The notes beneath the pieces were generated by a model. That model was not told the origin of the DNA. It saw only the letters and a program-made list of their open reading frames with translations, and did not search any database. The position numbers and the translations under genes were made by a program. A stretch of 63,377 bases of DNA, filler included, from Bigelowiella natans CCMP2755 (taxonomy: Eukaryota > Protista > Cercozoa): the NCBI GenBank assembly GCA_000320545.1. It is 8 parts of 8 records of this genome, joined end to end, with 100 filler letters (N's around TTAATTAATTAA, not from the genome) between each part and the next. Parts side by side here need not be neighbours in the genome. Positions count along the whole stretch, not along the records: positions 1 to 15,919 come from ADNK01003445.1; positions 16,020 to 25,126 come from ADNK01002985.1; positions 25,227 to 44,208 come from ADNK01000569.1; 5 more parts are not named here. One strand, given 5' to 3'. Shown one piece after another: positions 13,031 through 25,267 of the stretch; the first letter of the stretch is position 1, and each line of letters starts with the position of its first letter.

Positions 13031-13242
13031 TGTGTATATAGAAAATTCTCGCCTCGAAAACCAAACAACTCAAGTTTTGGAAGCCAAGTTGCTGCGAAAG
13101 TGACGAGGTAAACATCCTTTTCCCACAGCCAACACAATGCATGCTTGACCTCTGCATGTTTGCGCTCATCGTGTGGGGGGATTCATAGCGTATTTTGGTT
13201 TTTCCTGATGAAAAGGGCATTATACACGGGTCGTTTGGCTAG
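9920..13242 (+). CDS. SAC3/GANP/THP3 (LENG8-like) family protein with an RG-rich N-terminus
   Basis: Spliced motifs VGLSYDLEKTYLR|LTTEPNWAKVRPRAVLKM, YAYVNDQLK|AIRQDLRVQQIFN..VNVYE|MHGRLAVRHGDLSEFNSCQMQLQQIY and YRGMGITVKDTARILGF match the SAC3/THP3 PCI region. Ends ...GIIHGSFG* at 13242. One donor needs a 1-nt correction. Confidence 0.8.
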
Positions 13243-13413
13243 AGAATCCTTGATGGTGGAAAGGCAGGTTGTTTTCATCAGTTATGCGATATGGTGACGC
13301 TACGGGAAATGATTGCACCGCTTAAGCAGTTGGTATTGGTGAATGCATTGGGAATGATAATGGAGTGTACAAATAACAATGCGTTCTCGTTGTCTCCGCG
13401 CTCTCTTCCCCTC

Positions 13414-13451
<38 letters not shown>

Positions 13452-13499
13452 TCTATCTATCTATATGTCCCTTCTCCCCGCCCCTTTTCTCTCCTATCG

Positions 13500-14330
13500 T
13501 TCTTCATCATGCAATCCGCGTAATAGCTAGATGCTGCGCGTGTGCACGTGTCAGCTTAGCTCTAGCCGCGCGGCAGACCTATGCTGGCTAAGATAGCAGC
13601 TACATCTACTAGTCTAGATAGGGTCAACAAGTCAAGGCATGTATGCGTGCACATACTAGCATAACTAGATAGAGATGATATGTGGTCATAGCATATTTAC
13701 CGCAGCTTTGCGCTGCTCTAGTTGCTGTAATGATCCAGCTAGCTAGCGATGCGCTAACAAGTCGCCATGCACGTGCACCCCATCGATCTAGCCATGCACG
13801 TACGTACAGCTCTACTAGAGATGCACACAGCTAGACAGTGCGCGCAGCACGGGGTTTGTGCATGCAAATAGCTCGTTCGTTTTGCGCGCGGAATGTACAA
13901 CTTGTTTCAATCTAATCGCAACGCTAAATCGTACATCAAGTGCAAACTCATCGTGACCGCAAACTAGCTAGCTAGCTAGTAGTAGTTCTAATTCGCGTCA
14001 CATGCGCCACGCATCGATCTGCCGCAGATCGATGGCAACGTACATGCATGCGCAGTTGCCATTCGTTAGCACTGGCCGCTAGACTGTGCGCAAGACATGA
14101 ACACCTTGCTAGCTAGCCAGCCTGTCTAGCTGCGTGTGCGCACACACGTAGCACATGCTGTCGTCATTTCGCGCGGAAAGTCAGATCACACGTGCCAGTG
14201 TCATATAGCCTTAAGGGCTCTGCCGCGTACCTACCGTGTACTTTAGAACATATGTGACATAGATCATGTGTGCTTTAGAACATGTGTGCCATTAGTGCAT
14301 GTGTGTATATGAACACATGTGTGCAGGTGA
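13500..14330. other. CTAG/TGCA/CATG-rich spacer between convergent genes
   Basis: (CTAG)4 at 13964-13979; dense GCTAGC, CATG and TGCA. Confidence 0.6.
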
Positions 14331-14559
14331 ACCCAGTATTGTACGTCGCGGTTGCAGCTTTCTTAACCGCAAACACTGTGCACACTGTACTGCAGCATCA
14401 TCAGGAACTGGGCAGCCCCTAGCCTTGTTGTCGGTCTTCACTGTCCGAAGTGATTGTTGATCGCCCTTGTAACGTTCCCGTTGGCTCTGGCCAGGAGCGC
14501 CTTCACGTTGCACCAAAAACAAACGCAAAACACGAAATCATACGACACTCAAAAATCTG

Positions 14560-14645
14560 AAATCAAAGTGAGATCCCGCATCCGCCGTCCGCGACATGGC
14601 AATTGCAACTAGAAATCACTGCGGAGGGGAGTTCTTGATTGCCCG

Positions 14646-14676
<31 letters not shown>

Positions 14677-14760
14677 ATGGTAGAGAGCTACACCTTTGCT
14701 TGGGCTTTAGTAACACCTAACAAGACGCCAGAGAGATGGATAAACACACGGAATGTCATA

Positions 14761-14795
<35 letters not shown>

Positions 14796-14802
14796 GTGCT
14801 TG

Positions 14803-14857
<55 letters not shown>

Positions 14858-15800
14858 TATGTATATATTTATAAATCTTGCTTAAATAGAGGTTCATAAA
14901 TTTTGAGAGAGGCATTATAACAGTCGGCGAACCGACGAACCCTTCCCCCCCCCCCCCCCCCCCCCCCTCAAGTTAAACCGGGTAGTACCTGTCATTCCCA
15001 TCACTTGATCAACCTTTTTGTCTTGTACAGGATCGTTGTTAGAAGGAGTAGCGGGAGTGTTGCTGCGGTATGTATAAGCGGGGGAGGGGGGGAGGGAGGA
15101 GGAGGAGGCCGGAAAAGGTATTAGGATGCGAAGGCATCGTGAATGAGATCCACAAAACAACATTTTCAAGCAAGTTCTCGCATTTCTCTTTCTCAGTTCT
15201 CTCCCAAGTTCTATTAGTAGATATGAATGGAAGGCAACGAATAGCATTACGCGATGCTATAGTGCCACCCCCCCCCCCCCCTCCATCCCACTGAGGGAGA
15301 TAAAAAAAGAGAAGAAAAATACGCGCGTTTGAACACCTCTTCGCGTCGGGACGATTGTTGTGACGATTGAGCGCTACGTGTGGTAGGAAGAAGGAGGAGG
15401 AGAAGAAGAAGAAGAAGAAGAAAAATGTGCGTATCATCCGTCATTGCAAGTTATGATGTCACGTGCGACGGCTAAGGGTCAGGGGGGGGGGGGGAGGGGT
15501 AATACCGCAGTTTTTCTCGTGATTATACTTCTGCACGTACGGGAGACTCTTGTTACACCAGCGGCATCTAATGATGGTGATGATGATGATGATGGTGATG
15601 GTGGTGATGATGATGATGATGATGACGATGATGATGGTGGTGATGGTGATGGTGGTGGTAATAGTGGTGCTGATGGCGCGACTACTATGTCGTTGTTAAT
15701 TGATGTTTACGAGAAGTTGGGTGATAATGATGAAATGTATCACTGCTTCTAGCACACTCGCGACGATTGGCGTCACTTTAACACTGCTCTCCCTTTTCTC
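14560..15800 (-). CDS. 3' exons encoding a C2HC zinc finger and a possible UBA-like segment; either the end of the SLX4-like gene or a separate gene across the gap
   Basis: Exon ag|aTGCCGCTGGTGT...AACTGCg|gt gives CRWCNKSLPYVQKYNHEKNC (~15505-15570). Exons DKKVDQVMGMTG|VTKAQAK resemble UBA helices. Final frame unresolved. Confidence 0.4.
14761..14853. repeat. Representative intronic compound microsatellite (GT)n/(AT)n; similar (AT)n, (GA)n, (CA)n, (CAT)n and poly-G/C tracts occur in many introns of the window
   Basis: Directly visible tandem repeats. Confidence 0.9.
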
Positions 15801-15919
15801 GTTAATGCTGTTGTTGTTGATGTTGTTGTTGGTGTTTGAGTTGATGTTGGGCGGTACCGAGATGGCCGATATGGGCAATGGTGCTCGTCATGTTCGGCCT
15901 GATAATTTATTGATAGTAT

Positions 15920-16019
15920 NNNNNNNNNNNNNNNNNNNNNNNNNNNNNNNNNNNNNNNNNNNNTTAATTAATTAANNNNNNNNNNNNNNNNNNNNNNNNN
16001 NNNNNNNNNNNNNNNNNNN
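15920..16019. other. Artificial contig spacer
   Basis: N-run-TTAATTAATTAA-N-run, 100 bp. Confidence 0.95.
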
Positions 16020-16029
16020 CCCCCCCCCT

Positions 16030-16274
16030 TTCCACGCCCCCCCCTCTCCATTCCCGGTCTTGAACTTTCTCGTAAGAGTTCGTCATCCCCCCACGATACA
16101 GCTGCGGATCTTCCTCCCCACTGTGGATGACATCTTGATTCTTCTTTCCACGCCCCCCCCCCGTTTGTCTTTTTTTCTTCTTCGATCATGCGCGGGTGGA
16201 GGGAGTGCAGTTTTTTGCGCATGTAGGGGACGGTCCCGGACTTCAGGCGAAATGGCGCAACCCCATAATTAGGT

Positions 16275-16309
<35 letters not shown>

Positions 16310-19121
16310 CTCCTTTTTTTTTTTGTTTAAATTGGGCGTGATTGAGCGAGGGAGACCAGAAAGGAGACGTCCCCACCAAAGGGCTTTGGGGATAGAGGAA
16401 CCAGGGGATTGATACGGGCGCATATGCGCGCTTCCGGGAGTGTGTTTCCATGGGGGGTCGCGGGGGGGGGGGGGGGGGCGTTTTTTGTCGCGTTTGGTTG
16501 GTGTGACACACCCTCCCACTACTTTGTTTGCCGTGTGGAATAGGAGCGATGATAGATGATGCGACAGGCATGCAACGCTCGGAGAACAACAGCAGCAACG
16601 AGAAAAATCAGAAGACGGCGATGGAAAAGGGGATGATGAGGAAGGAGACGATGATTGATGGTGATATACCCGCTTCAGTTGCGACTCGCTCATGTCCTTT
16701 GGATCAGGGTATCTTCGTTTCGATGAGGAGGAAGAGGAGGAGTGTTGGACTGTTGGGTTGGAACTACCCACAGCTTTCTTTACATCATCAATGCTGCTAC
16801 CCTTCTTCGCTTCCTCATCACCATTAGCTGCAGGACGAGAAGTAGCAGCATGAGAAGATTCTTTGTCAGTTTTATTTTCCTTGGTCCGTTTTCTTCCTGC
16901 TTCTGCTGCTTCTCCCCCCGCCCCCCCTCCTTTCTCTTCTACGTTCCCTTTGGAGCTGTTCGATTTCCGTCCATCGGGCTGTAGTTGCTGCTTCTTCTGC
17001 TTGACAGGGCCGCACAGCTGTTGGAGGATGAGGAGGTCCTCGTCTGAGCTGGAGACGATGACCTCCACGTCGTCGTCAGCACGGTCGCCATCGGATTCCA
17101 CGTGGATGATATCTCTGCCCCCCCCGTCAAAGTCTTCGTTTGCGGATGGTTGCCGTCTCCCCCCCCCTCCTCCTCCCCGTCCTCCTCCATCGTTCGAGTT
17201 TGGTCGTTGCTGGGTGAGAGGGGGCAGGGAGGGGGATGAGGAGGCTGAATTGCTATCACTTCCCTCACCAACATCGCACGCTGCCGTGAGGTCTTCTTGA
17301 GGCATCAAAATCTTCTTCGGCGCCATCGCTCGCTCTCCACCTCCCTCTCCCATCTCCACGCCACCAGTCGTACACAGCTGCTCGCTGCTGCTGCTGCTGC
17401 TGCTGTTCCCCCCCCCGCCACTAAGATTAGCACTCCTCCTCGTTGTCCTCTTTCTCCTCCTCCTCCTCCTCCTCGCATGGCAGCTATTGGAATCATTAGC
17501 ACAGGCTGCATCGATATCCCCGCCCCTCTCACCTGCTGCCTTCTCTTTCCCAGCGGCTGAGGTAGAGCATAGTTCCAGAAGAGAGGCTTCATCGGACGGC
17601 TTGCCACCAACCCCATCAACTTCGTCGTCAGCAGCAGCATCAACATCATCGTCATCATCTCCGAAATAAAGAGCGCCCCCGCCCTCGTTCTCAGCCGCTG
17701 CACCGTCGCTGCTGCTGCCGTTGCTGGGGTGGCGACGATCGCTCCCTCGTCGCTCCGGACCTGCGCGCACAGCTACTGCGGCTTTAGATTCTTCGTGCAT
17801 TTGGCGACCATGTGTGCCGGTGGAAGGGGGGGGGGGACTGCGCTGCTCCGGTGAGCAGAGATTGATGCAATTCTCTGGGGTCTTCGTCGTCGCCGGCATC
17901 GACCCCATTTTGATCGACTTTCTACCCTGCATCGGTGTCGTAGCTGTGGAAGGAGGAGTAGAAGAAGAATGCACAGCTGCAGTGCTGCCCCTCCCACTCG
18001 CACCTTTATCAGCACCACCGTTCCCAGCAGCAGCAGCAGCATCGCTGTCATCTACTTTCGTCTCCTTTGTGCGGCTCCTCCCCCCCCCTTCCATTCTCCT
18101 TCTCCGAGTGAATTTGAATGGTACTAGAGGCGACGATGACCCATCTCTCCCCATGGGGCTTTGCGCCATCTCCCATGCTGATTGCGGTGCCCGCACTTGG
18201 CCGCTGCCACCTCCTCTGGGTGCGAGCTCCTTTCCATCTCGCCCCTCCTCCCCCCCCCCCCCACCGAATCGTCGTTCCCGAGGGCGGCGCCTGCCGTATC
18301 GGAGTGCCAGCTTCGATGGTAGGAAGGGGCTGTCAAGAACGACGACCTCCTTACCACCACCACGGCCGCCATCGTTATCATTGTTATCATTGTTATCATT
18401 GCCACCACCAGCGCTGCTGGTCCTCCTCGCCATGGTGCTATCGTTACCGCTACTGCTAATGCTGCAGCTTGGAGCGTTCTCCCTCATCATCGTTGAAGCG
18501 GAAGAGGTTCTCGTCGTCCTTGACGTCGTTGCTGCTGCTGCTGCTGCTGCTGCTGCTTGCGTTGGGGTGGTTACACTTCCCATCCCTGTTTCTTCTAGTG
18601 CCGTCGTTTTCGTCTTCGGCGTCATCGCTTTGCCCCCCTCCTGGCTACTACCGCTTCGATCTCTTCTGCCGCTGGCGTTGGTCTCATGCTCTTTGATGGT
18701 AGCCTCCGTCGGTGTCACATCCCGTCGCCGCAGGAGCCCCCCCGCCTTGTTGGAAGGGCGAGCCGGCGTCTTGAAGGAGGAGGGCGGGAGCGGGCGAGAA
18801 GAAGAAGATGATGAAGAAGAAGAACAGAAAGGAGAGGAGAGGAGGGCGGGTTTATCCGTTTTGCTAACGGAAGTGATTGTAGCTGCAGGAGTATTATGTT
18901 CGTGCTTATTCTCTTGGAGCGGGCGCTTCCTTGAGGAAGAAGGCGCTGTTGATAAAGTGTGAAGGGAGAGCAGGGGGGAGGGCGAGGTTAGAAGATGATG
19001 AGTGCTGGAATCAGGATAAGGAAAGCATGGGCTGATCTTTTTGCTTTGACAAACGAAGCGTACACGTGGGGGAGAGCAACATCTTTCCATTTCTTTCATT
19101 AATTTTAAGTCGTCGCATAAG

Positions 19122-19173
<52 letters not shown>

Positions 19174-19177
19174 TCAT

Positions 19178-19223
<46 letters not shown>

Positions 19224-19511
19224 GATTATCATGGCAGTTCTCTCAGCTGCCAGGAGCTTTTACTTTTTATGTGCAGACGGGCGAGCAGCTCTTCCCGCTC
19301 AGCGCACAGCTTTTTGATTGCCAAGTCAATTTGGAGGACGCGTCGTCGGATTTGATGGGGCTGCTGAAGGGAGCTGGAAGGGGGTACCAGCGCTGCCCCT
19401 TCAGTCGAAAGTTTGTGCTGCACCTTTGGAATACAAAGAAGCGGATGGGGGAGGGGAAGGAGGTTAGGACGAGGAGAGCTATTCGGTTTTTGCTTCATAT
19501 ATGAATATTAA

Positions 19512-19558
<47 letters not shown>

Positions 19559-19748
19559 ATAGAGGAGTCTTTGTATAGGCGAAACATACTCCCCTCCCCC
19601 CCACCTCCTAACTCTCCTCTCATCAATTCCGATAGCATTGCGTGGTCTCTATTCCCCTCCCTCACCTGTCTTTTCCTGGACCGTTTCTTCGAATGCTGCT
19701 CAAATACTGATGATGATACAATAGAGGTGAATAATGGTTGTAATGCGT

Positions 19749-19785
<37 letters not shown>

Positions 19786-20330
19786 CGAATCAATTACAAT
19801 TTTGAAAATTTGGATGTGCACATACATGCATGCGATTGCATTATTAGATGATGCCGCTTTGCCTCTCCCTCTCTCCCTATCCTCTCTTCTCTACCAACTA
19901 CCAGCAGCGTCTTGCCCAGGCGCAACGATCTCAGCCATTGTCTGCACGATAACAATGCACGCCATGAGTTCTTCCGACAAGCCAGAATGATGGGGCTGGT
20001 GGGTATTTTTCAATGGAGACTAACTACGGCATGCAATCGATGAGCTTCTGACCTTAATATCGAGGTTATGCGTGTTGGCGCATTTGACAAGGTGCTGGAT
20101 CTTTGTTGGTATTATTATCGAAGAATAAGGCATGCAGTTGCGGCAGAGGTTAAGTCGCACAGTCAATGATACCCTTGCTTTTGTCCCCATCCGGCTTAAA
20201 TCCTTCATGCATGCGATGCAGTTGAATCTCGCAGAGTAGAGGGTGTTGACGGCACTTCTCATCCCCCCCCCGACATTTTCCGAGCCTATCGCAAAGTCTG
20301 CCAGATCCCCCTGGAGCGGCGACACACACA
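16030..20330 (-). CDS. SLX4-like structure-specific endonuclease scaffold candidate (UBZ4 zinc finger, long disordered region, SAP-like motif); start uncertain, 3' end runs into the gap
   Basis: Spliced CIACMKDLSRMGTKAR|IQHLVKCANTHN resembles SLX4 UBZ4. A ~2.2-kb low-complexity exon lies within ORF 16277-19177. YPDPKDMSESQLK...YGVAPFRLKSGTVPYMRKKLHSLH resembles the SLX4 SAP region. Confidence 0.55.
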
Positions 20331-21120
20331 CACACACACGCGCTCATCGTTCAATTCGGCGACTTATCACGCGGAGCTTATGGATGGAAACCAACCCCTA
20401 TACGTTCTAGCAATCACCCGCTAGGGACAATATAAAAGGATTTTACGAACGGACGCGTTGCAAACAGTGGCCTCAACCTTCATCGGTTGGACAGCGTAGC
20501 CGTGACGGCCCAGATGGCGGGAAGGGGCTGCGCTTATAAGCGTGTCGTTCCGTTGCAATTCTAGAACAAGGCGCGACAAGGAACATGCTGCGTCGCAATG
20601 GAGAAACGGCAATATTTTCCACAATTTGATTTCATTCAGTACTGCGTCTTGATATTTTGATTGTCGCAGGTCATCAGATCGCCTGTAAACCACCCAGAAT
20701 TGGGTTGTAGTTCCCCTTGCGGGTGGAAAAAAAATAAGTACGCTGTGCTGGATCTACCCCCCCTTCCCTGGACAACGCAAGCCAGACTCCCACCTGGACG
20801 GTGGATTATCAAGGCCCCAGCACAGCGCTGAATTTATGACCTGAATCGGTCAAGGTTGGTTGCGGGACTTTAAGGGGGCGCAGCCCTTTCCTTGGGGGGT
20901 GGGATAGTTCCTTTTTTCTGCGAATTTCGCATTCGGGGGTTCATGAATTCAGGGCCAGTTTTCCGGCCCTTTGGTGAAATTCTTGTTTTAGAGCTGCTGT
21001 ATCGTATTTTGATGGCAGCGGACAACTAACTTTACCTCTCCTCAGGACATATTCTACAGCCTCTTCCTGCCAAAAACAGCGTTCTCTAAAGAGAAAGACA
21101 CGAATCGTATCTGGGCAAAG

Positions 21121-22154
21121 ATGCCCGCCGCGTTCATCAGGATGGTCTCTATTCTTCTTGGCATCCTCCTCATTCACTTCGTCCCGCCCGCTAATGCTCG
21201 TTCAGTCACCACCCAACGCTTTGCGGCGGACTCGGGGCGATGGCAGTCGAAGAGTAATAGAAGGGGTATGCGAAAAATGCCACTACCACGGGTTCGCACG
21301 GGTGCAATTACTTCAAACGGCGTAGCTGAGGCAAGAAAACAGCCGTTTATCGTAGCTCCTCCTCTCTATCGAGATCGACGTAAGGCACGGATTGAGGCAA
21401 TGGCGCCCAGGAGTCTCGAACAAGACGGGCCCGTCCAGGGATTTACACTAGATATGACCGAGCCTCATGGTAATAAGACTCTAGGTTGTTTTTAGCCTGC
21501 CTCGATGCCAATAACGCGATGGTTGCGGTCATGATGTACGTTATCTTCACAGTTACCATCATTTTCTTTCTCCAATTTGGAGTGAATACAAAAGCGAAAA
21601 TACCACACCACCACCACCACCACCACCACCACCATCACAACTACAACCACGACGACGACGACCTCCCTTCAGCACGGGAAGTTAAAAAAAGCCATGATCG
21701 CTGTCGCATCAGTCTCAACACTGTCATGTATCCCCATTACAATCCATCACCGCCACTACCGATGCCATCATCTTCGCCGCCCTCTGTATTAATACGATTT
21801 CCGCATATGCACACATACGACAGGGTCAATTATCGACGTGGCCAAGAGGCATGGGCTCGATACGACATCAAATAAGATAAAGCCAAAGGAGCCTTCCTCT
21901 CGGAACGAGAGCGCATCCTCCTCCTCCTCCTCCTCCGCCGTTGAAGAAGAGGGGATGACGATCGAGCAGATGAGGGCCAGGTACGATTCTCTTCTTCCCC
22001 GCCACCTCCCTCCTCACAGTGCTTCGGCTGGGCTTGGTGATAACTTCTTCTCAGGGTGCTAGATCATGCGGCTGGGCGTTTGCAAACATCAGCTATTCTC
22101 GTGAAATCATTCTTGGAGACAACAGACAAGGTAGGATCTACCCGCTTACCTTTT

Positions 22155-22191
<37 letters not shown>

Positions 22192-23385
22192 GTATAATAG
22201 TGTAGATATTTTCACCTAATGGTTTTGGGTGGCGTCGTGATGATTAAAGATGAGCTAATGAGCCTTCACTCCTCCTCCCCCCTTCCCCCTCCCTACTCCT
22301 TCCACCTTGGCGTTCCATCGACGTAGTCTTTTGTGACGACTATCACCAGAGAGGGCGAAGGCACTACCACGGACTCCTACCGTTTCTTCTCAGTACCATA
22401 AAACGATAACAATTCTGCGTGATGCGTTACCATGCTAAGAGCGACAAAACACGCACCCGTCATGGACTCATAAGGCCACACGCTCATCACCATCCTCCCC
22501 CCCCCCCCCCCTCCATTTTCTTCCCCCTTCTAAGACCGACGAAGACGATCTTATTGACGTGTGCGTTGACCCTTTAGAAGCTACTGCCCTCTAAAATGTC
22601 ACACATTTTAGCGTTTTTTTGGGGGGGAAAGTGGAGGGGTCGCTTGGGGGGAGCCAAAATAGAGGAGTTCTCCTTTTTTTTGGTTTCAAACCACTCAGGA
22701 AAAAATTTTGCAGGTCCCCGGTCCTTCTTTTTGGGTGGGGAGTGGGGGTCCCGGGGGGTGTGTTTGGAAAAGGGGGCCCTCCCCAAATCAACCCCCATTG
22801 TTGATTTTTTCGCCAAATTCCTTCATCAGGTAAAATGAAGGATGTTTTCCCAGAGGGACCCCTTTTTGGGACGAAGTGTTCTTTTGGCAGAGGGGTACTC
22901 CCTCCCACCCGAGATTTTGAGGATATGTGCCCTCCTAGCGGCGGAAAGCCCCCCCCCCCCCCCGGGGGGGGATAGTTAGAGAGGGGGAGAGAGAGGGAGA
23001 GGGAGATTTTTTATTGTATAACATATATCCCCCCATCCAAACATATCCCCATGTGGGATGGGACAAATGATCAACTTGAGAAATTAAGTTCCGAGGAAAA
23101 CTTGGGCCCCCCCCCCCCCCCCCCCCCCCCCGTCCCTAAATTCCTACCCTCATTGCCCTGCCTCTTCAAAGCTTCGCCGGCTACACAACGAGGCTCTCAG
23201 TTGCAGACAAGATAGTAGGAATGCTATGTGATAAGGACGTTGTGGATGGTTCCGTGAGGATATTAACGGTACTATTAAGTAAGTAAGTAAGTTAGTGATA
23301 AGATACCCTTTTTATCATAAGAGAAGCCTTTCTTTTCTCCCTCTCCCCCTCCCCGCTTTCGCTCTCTTCCTCGCTCTCCCCTCCC

Positions 23386-23419
<34 letters not shown>

Positions 23420-23539
23420 TATCACCACCAGATTGCGAGCTCCGTGCACGATTTAGAGGGGGAAGAGGTGGGGGACAACTGTTCTCATCAGCTGCCTGCG
23501 AATCGTTTCTTTTATTATTTCATATAAATATATAGATAT

Positions 23540-23573
<34 letters not shown>

Positions 23574-24880
23574 GCATATTAATATTATTTGCGTCGTAGT
23601 CGTTTTGTTCTTGGCTAGCCAAGCGGAAGGGGTGGGGGGGGGAGGACAGTAACAGCATCATCATCATCATCACCACCATCACCATCTTCCTCTTCTTCTT
23701 CTTCATCATCATCACCACCATCACCATCTTCCTCTTCTTCTTCTTCATCGTTGCCACCACGATCCGGTACAATCATCACGCATCATCCACCACTCATCAG
23801 GTATTTAGACGGCAAATCGCTGCAGGATCCGAGCACGCAGGAGATGGTTCAAGCCTACGCCTCCGGGCAGTGGGGGTGGGAACTCATCGGCGAAAAAGAA
23901 GAAGAGGAGGGGGAAGGAGAGGGGGAGAAAGAGAAGAAAAATGATAATAATGATGACGACGATGAGGATGATGGTTACTAAATTCCCTGCCCATACAACG
24001 ACAACGACGGCATTTTGACCAACCCCCCCCCTCCTCCCCACTCAGGCTAACCCGAGCGCGAAAGATGAAGGCTTGGCTAGGCATCGCATCCTTTATAATC
24101 TTCGTGGGGGCTCTCATTAGCGGGTGAGTGTGAGTGAGTGAGAGAGTCAGTCGGTCAGTGAGATATCACATAGCTGTGCTGCAGCTTGCTTCGATTACTA
24201 CAACCTGCTACTCCTTCTGCTAGTAGTCGTATTTTCAATATTGAATGGAAAAAATGTTACCCACTGGTATTAGCCATATGCACGATAAAGCGCACGTTAT
24301 CGTCCTCCTCCTCATCATCATCATCATCATCGTCGTCGTCGTCGTCAATATCATCACCCGCTCACTTGTTACTGCTTGGTGCTACATCTTCTTCTCTCCA
24401 CCAACAAACACCACAGTTTGCCTTACGCCGACTACGTGCTGCCCCTGAGCTCCCTGGCCATGGGGATCTCGCTCATGTTCGCCGTCGCTGATTCGAAGCT
24501 AGAGCACACGATAAACTCCATTCTCCTGCAACCCCTGCCTTCCTCGGTCGTCGCGGCGGCTGTTCTTTGTGTTTTTAAGTGTGTGTGTGTGTGTGTGTGT
24601 GTGTGAGTGTGTGCTCTGTATAGACCCTCCCCTCGCGGGGGGGCAAAGGTTGAAATGTGGGGTTTTTTTTGGAGCGGCTCTATCGACATGCATTACCATG
24701 ATGATGATGATGATGATGATGATTCTTCTTCTTCATATTATTATTATTCTTATTATTATCTTCTTTTATATGCGAATAGAGAATCCTACGACGCACCAAG
24801 GAAGCGGTGAAGCTTCTTCTCATTCCGCTCGTCATGGTCAGTGATGATTACAAAGAACGCGCGTGCGCACACACTAGCAC

Positions 24881-24918
<38 letters not shown>

Positions 24919-25027
24919 CTCATCATTATTACCATATCTCCCTGACAAGTGCTGTTCTTGTGATTGTTATTGTTGTTGCGCAGATCGGCATTGCGTTTCA
25001 TGGTCATGAGTTGGCTGCGTCAATAAG
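21121..25027 (+). CDS. Multi-exon hypothetical membrane protein, possibly with a signal peptide plus Arg-rich presequence; 3' end cut by the gap
   Basis: First exon open from 21121 (MVSILLGILLIHFVPPANA, then R-rich) to a 26-nt intron. Later exons include VIIDVAKRHGLDT, VFCDDYHQRGRRHYHGLLPFLL and hydrophobic KAWLGIASFIIFVGALISG, YVLPLSSLAMGISLMFAV and AVKLLLIPLVM. An alternative start is ATG 21400. Confidence 0.55.
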
Positions 25028-25126
25028 GTCCGTCCTAATCGTAGTCGGTGTGTTAGTTGATCGTGTTTCTTCTGATGATCTTACCGTCGCCGTCGTCATC
25101 ATTAGCACCGAAGTGTCACATAATCC

Positions 25127-25226
25127 NNNNNNNNNNNNNNNNNNNNNNNNNNNNNNNNNNNNNNNNNNNNTTAATTAATTAANNNNNNNNNNNNNNNNNN
25201 NNNNNNNNNNNNNNNNNNNNNNNNNN
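25127..25226. other. Artificial contig spacer
   Basis: Same 100-bp spacer. Confidence 0.95.
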
Positions 25227-25267
25227 TTCGTCGTCGCTTTTCCCTATAGACAAAGAGCCCGGACAGG

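Noticed and set aside
12680-13040. Complementary microsatellite pairs bridging intron ends as a splicing aid
   Set aside because: The introns I inspected carry mixed repeats (GA, AT, GT) without consistent complementary partners at opposite ends; not supported by eye.
15120-15262. HRVMLFVAFHSYLLIELGRELRKRN as the SLX1-binding domain of SLX4
   Set aside because: The resemblance is weak, the exon cannot be linked in frame with confidence, and it lies across an assembly gap.
15964-15975. TTAATTAATTAA palindrome repeated seven times between N runs
   Set aside because: Identical 100-bp artificial contig linker (stops in all six frames), not biological. Genes on either side may not be truly adjacent.
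16277-19177. 966-aa ORF as a stand-alone intronless gene
   Set aside because: It begins in a (GT)/(GA) microsatellite and ends in an (AT) tract. It is one large exon plus flanking intron of the SLX4-like gene.
22560-23140. Poly-G/C/A-scrambled segments (also ~20700-20940, 50990-51300, 58200-58790, 62640-63377) resembling G-quadruplex islands or novel ORFs
   Set aside because: Their texture is typical of low-quality read tails after homopolymers; the ALS exon inside one of them is visibly corrupted.
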